Below are positions 1-13,676 of a DNA stretch of 64,000 bases, piece after piece. Below the pieces are notes generated by a model. It saw nothing but the letters and a program-made list of their open reading frames with translations. It did not search any database and was not told the origin of the DNA. The DNA lies in NCBI RefSeq assembly GCF_006345805.1, contig NC_043013.1, positions 1,922,001-1,986,000 of the forward strand, read 5' to 3'. A program made the translations under genes and the position numbers. Source of the stretch: Octopus sinensis. Its lineage: Eukaryota. The first letter of the stretch is position 1; the number at the start of each line of letters is the position of its first letter.

Positions 1-3000
1 CTGGGAACACTGACGGGGTTGGTGGCGTGGGTATACTTATTCGCTGAGAAATGGGTAGATAAAGTAATTGAGGTAATCAGAGTATGTGACAGAATACTTA
101 AGTAGATTAGTGCTTCATCATAGTTTAGCAACCATTATATCAGCCTATGCTCCTCAGTCGGGGCTACCCGATGGACAGAAAGACCGATTCTATGACACTC
201 TACTGCAGACTACCTCGTTGACGAACGACAGAGACCTTATCTTTATGGCTGGTGACTTCAATGGTCACGTTGGACGACATGCTGGGGGCTTCCATGGCGT
301 ACATGGAGGCTATGGCTATGGCTCTCCCGCAACGAGGAGGGAACCAGGCTGCTGGAGTTCTGCGATGCAAATAATCTTATGATTTGCAACACTAACTTCA
401 GGAAACCTACCAGCCACCTCGTCACTTACCAATCGGGCCAACATACCAGCCAAATTGACTACATCCTTACAAGGCAAAGGGAGAGATGGCTGCTTATAAA
501 TGCCAAAACCTTCCCAGGTGAAGAATGTACCCCACAACATAGACTGGTAGTTAGTGACTTTAGGATCAGGACTAGGAGGACACCAGAAGACGACAAATAT
601 GGAGAAGAAGGATCTGGAAGCTTAAAGATCCTGCAAATGGACAGAGATTTAGGGACATATTACTTGAAGCCTCTGACGAAGTAGAAGGGGATAGAGCATC
701 ACAGGGGGTAGAAGACAGCTGGACGTTTCTAAGGGACAACCTGCTGAGAGCCACTGACCAGATCTGTGGCTGGTGCAAAGTCCCCTCTCGACCTAGAATA
801 ACGTGGTGGTGGAACAATATTGTAGACAGGGCTATTAGAGAAAAGAGACAGGCTTGGAAGGTCTGGAAAAATGGGGGTAGCAGGGGATTGTATCAGACTG
901 CCAAAAGAGAAGCTAGGAGACAGGTTTATTTAGCCAGAGGGGAAGCAGATAAGAAAAAATTTGCCAATGTTCTGCGCCGTGAGGACAAAGACTGGAGGTG
1001 TTTCGTGTTGCAAGACAGTGTGTGAGAGAGAATCGTGATGTGGTAGGAGATAAGTGTGTTCGCATGGAAGATGGTTCACTTGCGCTAAATGAGGATGCAA
1101 AGAGAGAGGTTTGGAGATGCCACTATGAAAGGTTGCTGAATGAAGAAAATGAATGGGATAAAGAGAGTCTGCCGAATGTTGACCCAACAGAGGGACCAGC
1201 TATCCGAGTTGATAGTTCCGTGGTAGCTAAGGCAATTAGAAGCATGAAGACAGGGAAAGCCCCAGGCCCATCAGGAATCACTGCAGAGATGCTCAAAATG
1301 TCTGGTAGTGTCGGCTATAGCCTAGTCACCCGTATAGTTAATCAGGTGATACACAAAGGGGTCATACCCAATGACTGGTGTAGCAGTAAATAGTCAACTG
1401 CTACAAAGGTAAAGGTGATGCCCTAGATACAAATAACTACAGAGGTATCAAGCTGTTGGACCAGGTGATGAAGGTTACGGAGAGGGTCATAGCCCAACTA
1501 ATTAGAGAGAGAGTTAGTTTAGATGAGATGCAGTTTGGGTTTGTGCCAGGGAAAAGTACTACTGATGCTATATTCCTGGTAAGGCAGCTGCAGGAGAAAT
1601 ACCTAGCCAAAGATAAGCCCCTGTACCTGGCTTTTGTTGACATGGAGAAAGCCTTCGACAGGGTCCCCCGATCCCTTATCTGGTGGGCAATGAGGAAACT
1701 AGGGATAGATGAATGGTTAGTGAGAGCTGTGCGGGCCATGTACAAGGACGCCGCTAGTAGGGTGAGGGTTGGAAATGTGTACAGTGAAGAATTCCGGGTA
1801 GAGGTAGGAGTCCACCAAGGCTCAGTACTCAGCCCCCTCCTATTTATCATAGTCCTCCAGGCAATAACGGAGGAATTCAAGACAGGATGCCCTTGGGAGC
1901 TCCTCTATGCTGATGACCTTGCTCTAATTGCTGAGTCGCTATCAGAACTGGAGGAGAAGTTTCAGGTGTGGAAACAAGGATTAGAATCGAAGGGCCTCAG
2001 AGTCAATCTAGCTAAAACCAAAGTCGTAATCAGTAGGAGGTAGACAAATCACAAACACCTTCAGGTAGATGGCCCTGCTCGATCTGTAGAAAAGGTGTAG
2101 GTAGAAACTCTATAAGATGCACCAAGTGTAAGCTATGGACACATAAGAGATGCAGCAATGTCAAAGGAAGGCTAACTAGGAAGATGGTTTTTGTATGTGG
2201 CAGATGCTCAGGAACAATAAACACTGAAAAGAAAATGCTCTGAGACCAACTTCCGTCACTTTCCAGGGAGAAAACTAGAAATAGTTGATAGTTTCCGTTA
2301 CCTAGGTGACCAAGTCAGCAGCGGGGGCGGGTGTGCTGAAAGTGTAACTGCTAGAGTAAGAATAGCTTGGGCAAAGTTCAGAGAGCTCTTACCTCTGCTG
2401 GTGACAAAAGGCCTCTCGCACAGAGTGAAAGGCAGACTGTATGATGCGTGTGTACGAACAGCCATGCTACATGGCAGTGAAACATGGGCCGTGACTGCTG
2501 AGGATATGCGTAAGCTCGCTAGAAATGAAGCCAGTATGCTCCGATGGATGTGTAATGCCGGTACTCACACTCGGCAGAGTGTAAGTACCTTGAGAGAAAA
2601 GCTGGACCTAAGAAGCATCAGTTGTGGTGTGCAAGAGAGACGTTTGCGCTGGTATGGTCATGTGGCGAGAATGGATGAAGATAGTTGTGTGAAAAGTGCC
2701 ACACCCTAGCGGTTGAGGGAACCTGTGGGAGAGGCAGACCCAGGAAAACCTGGGACGAGGTGGTGAAGCACGACCTTCGAACTTTAGGTCTCACTGAGGA
2801 AATGACTAGAGACCGAGACCTCTGGAAGTGTGCTGTGCGCGAGAGAAGACCGGCAGGACAAGTGAGTCCATAACCCGTGGCCTTCTACATGGGATGGAGC
2901 CAGCCTACGTATGCATACCTTCCCTTCTTGGGACACAAAACTCTACTTGTGAAGACGTGATGAGGCAAGTGAGGATCAGAATCGAAATCGATCAATGGAA

Positions 3001-3461
3001 ATTGCGGATGTGCTACCAATGCCGGTGGCATGTCAAAACTCTGCTTGTGAAGACCCGTTGAGGCAAGTGACGATCAGAATCGAAATCGATCAATGGAAAT
3101 TGCAGATGTGTTACCAGTGCCGGTGGCATGTAAGAGAACTTTCCGTTTCGCGACCGTTGCCAGCACCGCCCCGTTTCGTGTCCGTTGCCAGCCTCGCCTG
3201 GCCCTCGTGCGGTGGTGGCACATAAAAAGCACCATCCGTTCGTGGCCGTTTGCCAGCTCTGTCTGGCACCAGTGCGGGTGGCACGTAAAAAGCACCCACT
3301 ACACTCACAGAGTGGTTGGCGTTAGGAAGGGCATCCAGCCGTAGAAACACTGCCAGATTTGACTGGGCCTGATGAAGCCTTCTGGCTTCACAGACCCCAG
3401 TAGAACCGTCCAACCCATGCTAGCATGGAAAACGGACGCTAAACGATGATGATGATGATGA
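1..3461 (+). mobile_element. RTE-clade non-LTR retrotransposon (LINE), degraded, 5' end outside window; APE endonuclease + reverse transcriptase + long 3' UTR ending in (GAT)n
   Basis: APE motifs (FMAGDFNGHVG, SQIDYIL, PQHRLVV), RT motifs (QFGF, FVDMEKAFDRV, HQGSVLSP, LLYADD) and RTE C-terminus (RRLRWYGHVARM, GRGRPRKTWDEVV) spread over several frames; 3' tail ...ccaacccatgctagcatggaaaacggacgctaaac(gat)n. Confidence 0.95.
86..2770 (+). pseudogene. Disrupted EN-RT ORF of the RTE element (several frameshifts and in-frame stops)
   Basis: ORF fragments 86-382, 379-684, 998-1393, 1456-2043, 2401-2709 and 2685-2873 tile one EN-RT polyprotein in different frames. Confidence 0.9.
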
Positions 3462-3894
3462 TATATATATATATGGATGTGTGTGTATATGTTTGTGTGT
3501 CTGTGTTTGTCCCTCTCGCATTGCTTGTGTGTTTACGTCCCCGTCACTTAGCGGTTCAGCAAAAGAGACCGATAGAATAAGTACTGGGCTTACAAAGAAT
3601 AAGTCCCGGGGTCGATTTGCTCGACTAAATGCGGTGCTCCAGCATGGCTGCAGTCAAATGACTGAAACAAGTAAAAGAGTAAAGCCATACCAAGAAAAAA
3701 GGGGAACCTACCTCAAATTGCTAGCATCAACAACAATAATTAAGGATGTTTTTACATATTAGATGCAGGATCTGTGTTTCCTTATTTCCTTTCCTCCAAA
3801 CTGAAGAAACAGTCTCCTTGAGCAAAGAGATACATTTGGTTGTGTTGAAGAAATTATAGAATTGTTGCTCAGTTTCACTTCATCTCAGACTACT

Positions 3895-4131
3895 AAGGCG
3901 GCGAGCTGGCAGAAACGTTAGCACGCCAGGCGAAATGCATAGCCGTATTTCATCTGTCGTTACGTTCTGAGTTCAAATTCCGCCGAGGTCGACTTTGCCT
4001 TTCATCCTTTCGGGGTCGATAAATTAAGTACCAGTTACACATTGGGGTCGATGTAATCGACTTAATACCTATGTCTGTCCTTGTTTGTCCTCTCTGTGTT
4101 TAGCCCCTTGTGGGTAATAAAGAAAAAGGTA
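3895..4131 (+). mobile_element. tRNA-derived SINE, family S2 (aggcggcgagctggcagaaacgttagc...), representative copy
   Basis: B-box-like gagttcaaattcc, conserved body gaggtcgactttgcctttcatcctttcggggtcgataaattaagtacc; further copies near 5.7, 14.5-15.0, 16.0, 16.5, 23.7, 24.1, 36.4, 36.6, 52.4, 53.8, 60.9 and 63.5-63.9 kb. Confidence 0.85.
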
Positions 4132-4982
4132 TCTAGGACTACACTGGCTAAAGTGTTCCTTCTTTTCCAAGACTGGTTTGATTTGAGTATGACTTGAATA
4201 CCAATTCTACTCAGGTGACTTAATTACATTAGCAGCAGCAGAGACAAGTACCTGATGTATCAGTAATAAATTAATGAAATTGATAATGGCAGAAAAATAA
4301 AGCAATATGCCAATGTTGCATAACTGGCACCTGTGCCAGTGGCACATAATAAGCACCTTTCAAACTTTGGGCCTTGCAGAGGCAGTGCCAAGTGACCGAG
4401 ACCTTTGGCAATTTTATTGTGCTTGCAAAGACCTGTCAGGCCAAGTGAGATCACAGTCATGGCCAATACTGGTGACTGGCACCCATGCCAGTGGCGTGGA
4501 ACTCTTTGAGTGGTTGGCATCCAGCGGCAGTAACCATGCCAAATCAGATTGGAACCTGGTGAAGCTCCCCAGCTTACCAGTTTTCAGTGAAACAGTCCAA
4601 CCCATGCCAGCTTGGAAAACGGACATTAAATAGAGATGATGATGATGATGATGATGACACACTTCTTTGCTTTCATCATTTAAACATCTGTCTATCAACA
4701 TTTAGTCTGTTGATTGTGCTTTCAATAGAGTGTACGGTTATTTAAAAAGTAGGGGACATTTGAATGTACAAACAATACAAATACACAACAATTTACACTT
4801 CTTACTGCAACTCATTAACCTAAAGCAGTGGCAGGTAGCGACACCTGGTGACCAATCCACTGCCAAGGATTGAAACAGATGGAGATCTCTTGTTGATGTC
4901 TTATATTCCAAGTGGTGTCAAAGGAATTAAGAAGTCTCTAAATTAGTGGTTCATAAACCAGGGGTCTGTAAATTCAAAATTT

Positions 4983-5014
<32 letters not shown>

Positions 5015-5440
5015 CATACACGACAGGCTTCTTTCAGTTTCCATCTACAAAATCCACTCACAACGCTTTGGTCGGCCCAAGGCTATGGTAGAAGACACTT
5101 GCCCTAGGTGTCACACAGTGAAACTGAACCCATAACCATGTCATTGGAAAGCAAGCTTCTTACCACACAGCCACTCCTGTGCCTATATATATATATATAT
5201 ATATATATACTCTTTATCTTTTATTAAACTTTTAATACTTTTGATATATATTTAAAATAATATAAATTAAATTAATTTTATGTATTGGCTTATGTTTTTC
5301 ATTGTTTGATTTGCCTAATAGTGGTTTTATCTCTAATTTAATATAATATAATATATTTATACTATAAAATTGGATTTAATCCTAAATCTGATTTTTCCCT
5401 GTAAGTTTGGATTTATTCCCTAATATTTTATTATATATTT

Positions 5441-5483
<43 letters not shown>

Positions 5484-6342
5484 AAAGGATAAGCATACTA
5501 AAAGGAGACTGTGAGAAAACTCATTTAAATAAAAGGGACCCTTGGTAGTAAAAAGGTTGGAAACCACTGCTCTAAACCCTTCTCATTTTAATTCTCCCAT
5601 TCACTTCTCCTCTCTGCTGCTGTTCATCTTTTTCTGCTGTTTGTTGTTTGACCGCCCCCCCCCCCTCTTCCTGCCACAGAATCTCAGAAACATTAGCACA
5701 CTGGGCGAAATACTTGGCAGTATTTCATCTGCCGCTACGTTCTGAGTTGAAACTCCGCTGAGGTCGACTTTGTCTTTCATCCTTTGGGGGGTGGGGTGCG
5801 ATTAAATAAGTACCAGTTACACACTGGGGTCGATATAATCGACAATCTGTTTGTCTGTCTTTGTTTGTCCCCTCTATGGGCAATAAAGAAATAAGAATGA
5901 TTCCTTTTACCATTTACCTTTCCCTTGTTTCAGTTATGTGACTCTGGCCATGCTGGGGCTGAAGAAAATTTAGCTGAAGGAATTAATCCCAGTCCTGATT
6001 TTTTAATGCCTGGTCTCTTTTGCTGAACTGCTAAGTTATGGGAGACATAAGCACACCAACACTTGTTGTCAAGCAGTTGTCGGGGTCAAACAGTTACAAA
6101 GATATATACACACATAGGTATATATAAATATACAGGCTTCTTTCAGTTTCCATCTACCAAATTCACTCACAATTCTTTGGTTGGCCCAAGGTGCCAAGCA
6201 GTGGGGCCGAACTTGGAACCCTGTAGTTGGGAAACAAACTTCTTATCACACAACCATGCCTGTGCCTCCACACCGCTACACTTGACCGTTTCAGGAAATA
6301 AAAACACTTTATTAATCATTGCAAGTAGACAATTCTCCTTAC

Positions 6343-6444
6343 CAATACTGATGAACTGCTCTCACTTAGGGGCTCATGAGACAGACTCCTTTGGATCACA
6401 AAATTTGCCTTGTTCTGCAGAACATTTTGAAGAATAATTTTTCT
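6343..6444 (-). CDS. Candidate internal exon 5 of minus-strand gene (RKIILQNVLQNKANFVIQRSLSHEPLSESSSSVL), phase 0-0
   Basis: Long polypyrimidine tract ...ttttctttttctttttttggcag| and donor TTG|gtaagg; 102 nt, only frame 0 open; unique sequence. Confidence 0.65.
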
Positions 6445-9400
6445 CTGCCAAAAAAAGAAAAAAGAAAAAGAATCAGACACTTATTCAGGATTAATAAAAT
6501 ATAAAATGGTTTAATATTCTTGTTTGTTTTACGCATTAGAGTGAATGCCAAATATGACTGTCACCTTCAAGATGGTATCACAAATTTTTAATGATTCAAA
6601 AGAATACATCAATAACAATACTGAAGATTATTCAGTTCCAGGAAACCATTCCAAATGATAGCAGATCCAAGATGTTTGCCAGTTAGTTACAATAAAGAGG
6701 AATTGAAAATCTGAGATAATTTTATTAGTTCTTTTGTCAAATGTAATTCTTTTATTCTTTTACTTGTTTCAGTCATTTGACTGTGGCCATGCTGGAGCAC
6801 TGCCTTTAGTCAAAGGCAGACTCTAGGACTTATTCTTTGTAAGCCTAGTACTTATTCTATCAGTCTCTTTTGCTGAACCGCTAGGTTTCGGGGACGTAAA
6901 TACACCAACATCGGTTGTCAAGAGCCGGCGGTGGGGATATGACAACAAACAGACACACATAAATATATAAGCACCATTCAAACAAGGCCGATGCCAGTGA
7001 CCCCTGACTGGCTCCCGTGGCAGAGGCACGTAAAAAAGCACCATCTGAATGTGATTGATGCCAGGGCTGCCCGACTGGCTCCAGTGCCGGTGGCACATAA
7101 AAAGCGCTAACTGAATACAATCAATGCCAGGCCCGCCTGACAGGGTCCTGTGCCACTGGCACGTAAAAGACACGCACTACACTCTCAGAGTGGTTCGCAT
7201 TAAGAAGGGCATCCAGCTGTAGAAACATTGCCAGATCAGATTGGAGCCTGGTGCAGCCACATGGAAAACAGATGTTAAACGATGATGATGTATATGAAAG
7301 GTTTCTTTCAGTTTCCGTCTACCAAATCCACTCAGAAGGCTTTGGTCAGCCCGAGGCTATAGTAGAAGACACTTGCCTGAAGTGCCACACAGTGAGACTG
7401 AACCTGGAACCATGTGGTTGGGAAGCACACATGTATATCGCGATCCAATAACTGTTCACTTTCCTGACTTTTGTACATAATTCTATGTACTGTACATGCA
7501 TTTTTGGTGAGTTGTGCACCTGAACACTATACACAATAATTTCATTATTATTATTATTATTAAGAAAGAGAGAGAGAGAGCAGTAAATGCCATCAAAGTG
7601 ACACTGGGCTGCAATTATATGAAGCCCAATATACTCATCATGTCTACCTGTCTGATAAGGGTACACCAGCCATATGCATCACAACCATATGTGCATGATC
7701 TCATATCAAGATAAACAGCACATGACTTTGCAGGTAGGGCCCAGTTAGAATTTTCTTCAGGTCGAGTAGCTTAGCCCACGCAAAAGGTCCCTGAATAAGG
7801 TTTGTTTACGGATGATGAACGAAACACCTATGTTTCCAGAGGTGAATTATCCAAACCCCAAAGAATCTCTCTCAACACATAACTATGATGCTCCCCCACT
7901 ACTTCTGCTCGTGATCAGAGATGCACATATCGTCAGCCACTAAGGGACATGCTCAACTGGTTAAGGTCAAACAACTGACAAGCAAATCTGTGGTATTGAG
8001 CAGAATATTTGCTGTAGCCCATCTTTTATACCAAGACAAAACAATGTACATGATAACACTTCTAGTCAGTTAAGATCAGAAGCCACAAGAGCCACTGCCT
8101 GGTACTGCATCAGGGCATTTATTATCATTATTATTATTATTATTATTATCATTATTATTATCATTCTTCTTCTTATAATTATTATTATCATTCTTCTTCT
8201 TATAATTATTATAATCATTATTAATCTTAGTCACAATTTATGTTCCTGATTTTGCTAAATTCTTTGTTATATTTAAAATTAATTGAAAGAAACACAGAGC
8301 ATCTCAAAGGGAACTCAGGGAATAGCATCCCTGCCTTCCTGAGCTAGTTTTCCACTGCATTTCTTAAAAATCATGATAGAGGCCTTGGTCTCGGGACCGC
8401 TCATGTCTAGAAACTGAGGTTGGAGGTATGCAAGGGCATGCTCCCCATAGAAAATCCAGCTCAAAAAAAGCCTCATGATAGCAGAGGAGAATGGGCACCT
8501 GCCAGCCCAAAGGTTGGGGTCAGTTGCACCTGCCTACCTTGGTTGCTATGGCATTGAGGTAGATCCAGCCACCCCACATCAACAGGGACAAAACCCAGAT
8601 TTAAAACACTGGATGATGATGATGATGATGATGATAAGAAATGAAAGACAAGCCATCCTTCGATTGAAGGATGATGACTTATTCAGAATTGAGTGCCAAA
8701 GGGAAGTTTTGTTTATGAAGGGCTTCTTTCAGTTTCTGTCAACTAAATCCACGAACAAGGCTTTGGTTAGCCCAAAGCTTAAGCAGAAGATACTTGCTCA
8801 AGGTGCCACAATGTAGGACTGAACTCAGAACCATGTGGGTGGGAAGTAAATTTCTAACCACATTAGCTCTTGTGCTGGTAACATGTGAAAAGCACCATTG
8901 GAGCATGATCGTTGCCAGCGTCGCCTTACTGGCACATGTGACAGTGGAACGTAAAAAACAACATTTGAGTGTGGTCGTTGCCAGTGCTGCCAGACTGGCT
9001 CCTGTGCAAGTAACACGTAAAAAAAAACCTTTTGAGCATAGTCATTGCCAGAACCGCCTGACTGGCCCTCATGCCGGTGGCACGTAAAAGCACCCACTAC
9101 ACTCTCAGAGTGGTTGGCATTAGGAAGGGCATCCAGCTGTAGAAACTTTGCCAGATCAGATTGAGCCTCGTGCAGCCTCTGGCTCACCAGTCCTCAGTCA
9201 AACCGTCCAACCCATGCCAGCATGGAAAGTGGACATTAAACAATGATGATGATGATGATGCAGTCATACCCGCCCCTGGGGGTTGGGTAGCAAATGTATG
9301 AAATGCAGAGTCAAGCATGGAGAGAAATTTTCAGTCAAAATCCATCCAACTTGAATGGAAATAGGCAATTGGAATGAAATTAAAATGTGGTTCAGCAGTT

Positions 9401-10542
9401 CAGTCCCACTGCTTGGTACTTCAGGTAAATGTCCGTTGCCTGTAGTCCCTGGTTGATTAATGCTTTTGATGGATGGAGTCTGTGAGGAAGCCTTTTGTGT
9501 GTGTGTGCCCCCACCTTGACAACTGGCGTTAGTGTCCTCATAACTTCAACAAGAGACAGATAGTAGTACCAAGCTTTGAAAAAATTAGGACTGGGGTCAA
9601 TTTATTTGACTAAAATCCTTCAAGACAATGCCCCAGCATGACCACAGGCCAATGAATGAAACAAGTAAAAAAAAAATAAAAGATGATAAAATCTAGGAGT
9701 GTCCACAAAGCAGTCTTTTTCTTGCTTAACAACAGAGAAAAATGCAAAAAATTCCTCCCATCAGAAATAGTTGCAATAATTATGGTGAAAAATCCAGTTT
9801 TCTGACCCAGTAACAATGATACAATTTTAACCTAGATTTGTAAGCAACACAGAAACCTTCTTGTTCCAGTTCTTGTTTCAATTGCAAGAAGCTACGCACA
9901 TCTCAACAATCATTCCAAAATAAAGGTCATATGACATTAATATCAAATATATAAACAACATAGATGTATAAACAGGTGCAGGTGTGTGGTAAGAAACTTG
10001 CTTCCCAACCACGTGGTTCCGGGTTCAGTTCCACTCTGTGACACCTTGGGCAAGTGTCTTCCACTATAGTTTCAGGCTGGCTAAAGCCTTATGAGTGGAT
10101 TTGGTAGATGGAAACTGAAAGAAGCCCATTGTATATAATATGTGTGTGTGTGTTTGTTCTCCACAACCACTTGATGACTGGTGTTGGTCTGTTTACGTCC
10201 CCGTAACGTAGCAGTCCAGCAAAAGAGACCGACAGAATAAGTACAGGTTAACAAAAAAAAAAAAAAAATTACTGTCTGAGTACTCCATAGACCTGCACAC
10301 CCTTAACGGTTTTAGGGGGAGATCCAGCCTTGACACAGCATGTGACAAGGCTGGACCCCTTTGAATTACAGATACAACTCATTTTTGCCAGCTGAGCAGT
10401 CTGGAGCAGCGTGAAATGAAGTGTCTTGCTCAAGGACACATTGAACTCCCAACTTTATGATTGTAAGCTGAATAACCCTAACAACTAAGCCACAAGCATT
10501 AACACTAAACACACACATACATACACACACACATGCATGCAT

Positions 10543-10605
<63 letters not shown>

Positions 10606-10771
10606 AGTAGCTTGTAATCAAATCTATTAAGCTTTAAGCCTAATCTTTTCTTTTCAAACAACCACTAAAAAATAATCTTCATTTCAATAAAGTCTCTCTT
10701 GGTTTTAATACACAAAATATACACAAGAAGTGTGTACTGAACACTTTCTTTTACCCATACACAACCATAAC

Positions 10772-10822
<51 letters not shown>

Positions 10823-11035
10823 ACGCATATATATATATTTATGCTGGTATGTTGATGCAAACAGGAAAAATAGAATTCAAATTATGAGTATATGGATATT
10901 TTTATTAATATTTAGCAGAAGCAATAGAGTGACTCAAGGTCCACGAGTTTCGTGCATCGGCACTTATCAAACTCTATTACTTCTGTTCATATATATATAT
11001 ATATATATACACATATATATATATATATATATATA

Positions 11036-11273
11036 TTGGGTTGGTGCTTAATTATTGCGGCTTTTTTTCAAAAAAAACAAAAAACAATAATAATATTTAA
11101 CAAAAACATCTTTAAATGACAGTCTGACTGTCTGCCAAGCAAATGGGAAGCAGTAATTGAAGTAGATGGTGAATATGCTCCAGAATAATCATTTAAAGAT
11201 GTTTTTGTTACATGTTATTGATTTTGTTGAATAAAATTTATTGAAAAAAAAGCCGCAATAATTATGCACCAAC

Positions 11274-11277
<4 letters not shown>
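11036..11277. mobile_element. Mariner-type MITE (~240 bp)
   Basis: TIRs ttgggttggtgc(t/a)taattattgcggcttttttt, TA at both ends inside (TA)n; internal inverted segments caaaaacatctttaaatga / tcatttaaagatgtttttg. Confidence 0.85.
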
Positions 11278-11304
<27 letters not shown>

Positions 11305-11369
11305 TGAACAGAAGTAATAGTATATATATAAATGTGTGTGTGTGTGTGTGTGTACATACATATATAATC

Positions 11370-12085
11370 TCATCATCACCATTGTATAACGTCAGCTTTC
11401 AATGCTGGCATGGATTGGACAGTTTGACTGAGGTCTGGAGAGTCAGAAGGCTGCAACAGGCTCCAGTCTGATCTGGCAAAGTTTCTACAGCTGGATGCCC
11501 TTCCTAACGCCAACCACTCCGAGAGTGTAGTGGGTGTTTTTTACATGCCACCTGCACAAGGGCCAGTCCAGCAGCACTGGCAATGACCTTGCTTGAATGT
11601 TTTTTCATGTGCCACCAGCACAAGTGCCAGTAGGCGACGCTGGTAGCAGTCACGCTTGAATGGTGCCTTTTACGTGCCACTGGCACGGAAGCCAGTTTGC
11701 TGCTCTGGTAACGATCATGCTCAGATGGTGCTCTTAGTGCTCCACTAGCACGGATACCAGTCATCGGATTTGATTTCTATTTACCTTGCCTCAACAGGTC
11801 TTCGCAAGCAGAGCTTAGTGTGCAATGAAGGAAAGGTACACATAAGTGGGCTGGTTACACCCCTGGCATAGACCACAGGGTTATGGTCTCACTTGGGCTA
11901 GGCGAGTCTTCCCACGCACAGCATATTTCCAAAGGTCTCAGTCACTAGTCATTGCCTTGGTGAGGTCTAATGTTCAAAGGTTGTGATTCACCACCTTATC
12001 CCAGGTCTTCCTGGGTCTACCTCTTCCACAGGTTCCCACAACCGCTAAGGTGTGGCACTTTTTCACACAGCTATCCTCATCCACA
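11370..12085 (-). mobile_element. 5'-truncated RTE copy (end of ORF + 3' UTR)
   Basis: Reverse strand encodes KCHTLAVVGTCGRGRPRKTWDEVV as at ~2690-2770, followed by the same 3' UTR modules and tail. Confidence 0.85.
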
Positions 12086-12215
12086 TATACATATATGTAT
12101 GTGTGTATATGTATAGTTTAGGACATCACACAAATATATATATATATATATATACATGCCCATACACACACAAACATATGCATTTATGTACTCATACACA
12201 AATCCACACACACAC

Positions 12216-12332
12216 ATTATTTACACATTATGTTTGTTGTTAACACGTTTCGGCTGATATACCCTCCACCCTTCATCAGGTGTCTTGGGGAAATTTCGAA
12301 ACCTGGGTTCTCATTCCTAAGGTATTTTTCAA

Positions 12333-12376
<44 letters not shown>

Positions 12377-12690
12377 TCACTACCTGGAACCGAACTCGGA
12401 ATCTTAGGGTTAGTAGCCCGTGCTCCTAACCACTACGCCATATGCCCATGGGCTCTTAACCCAAGATTCTGAGTTCGATTCCAAGCAGTGAACATAATAA
12501 TAATAATAAAAATAATAATAATAACAACATCGAAAAATAGCTTAGGAATGAGAATCCAGGTTCAAAATTTCCCCAAGACATTTGATGAAGGCTGGAGGAT
12601 ATATCAGCTGAAACGTTGTGTTAACAGCAAACAAAATGAGGACAAATATCCACCAAATGTAAATAATATAAATAACTCCTCATCTCTTAG
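12216..12690. mobile_element. Head-to-head inverted pair of a tRNA-headed element with Penelope-type hammerhead tail
   Basis: Left copy (minus): tRNA-like head ~12372-12446, (AAT)n, hammerhead motif 12242-12284. Right copy (plus): partial head, (AAT)n, hammerhead motif 12577-12622. Centre is the palindrome gcccatgggc. Confidence 0.7.
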
Positions 12691-13131
12691 ATATAGAACT
12701 GTAATACACACACACACACACATATATATGCATGCAACTTCATCCTCATATGCACATAGGTGTATGCTTACATATATATTAGACATTTATACATATAAAT
12801 ACACGCATCTATTGTCATAATAGCCGATGAGAATGCATCGTAGCTCTTAGCTCCAGCATTTGTCCTATTATGACAATTTACTGATTGTCCTAAACTATAC
12901 ATATATAAATTCCTCTATTTACCTAATATCACGGTCTCATTCTTTTGTTGTCTATTATTATTATTATTATTATTATTATCATTCATCATAATCATTTAAC
13001 GTCCATTTTCCGTGCTAGCATGGGTTGGCCGGTTCGACCGGTGTCTGGGAAGCCAGGAGGCTGCACCAGGCTCCAGTCTGATCTGGCAGTGTTTCTACAG
13101 CTGGATGCCCTTCCTAACGCCAACCACTCCG

Positions 13132-13187
<56 letters not shown>

Positions 13188-13676
13188 TGGTTGTCTACTC
13201 CTTATGCAGAGTTTGGCCACCTCCGGTACCTACACCTTAGAACCATCATGGCATCTGATGTGGCTTTTTAAACCAGGCAATGTTCTGAAAAGACACCCAC
13301 ACAGATTGCACATCCGATTTGGACTACCAAGAGCTGCTGATTTTTGTGGATCTTAAAATGATTTTTGAGGCCTCTGTTAGATTTGCAGACCTGGCATACA
13401 TTGCATTGAAAGGAGTGCACAGACATATAGACAGAATAGTAGGTGGAGGTTTGTTTCCCATGGGTTCACAAATGAGATTTGAGCCCAGAATGTATAGAGG
13501 TGGAATAAATAACCACAAGGCATTTTTTTCTGATGTTCTAACAATTCTGACAGCTAACTCAGGAGAAAATAGTGTAAAATGGGTCAGAAACCAGCAATAA
13601 GTCAAATAAAGTGAAACAACAATGGCTGTCATATGTACATACACACACACACACACATGTGCGTATATGTGTGTGT

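Noticed and set aside
4790-4945. Minus-strand exon with a gtaaga donor
   Set aside because: All frames close before the donor; the peptide (WQWIGH) resembles a decayed RTE C-terminus
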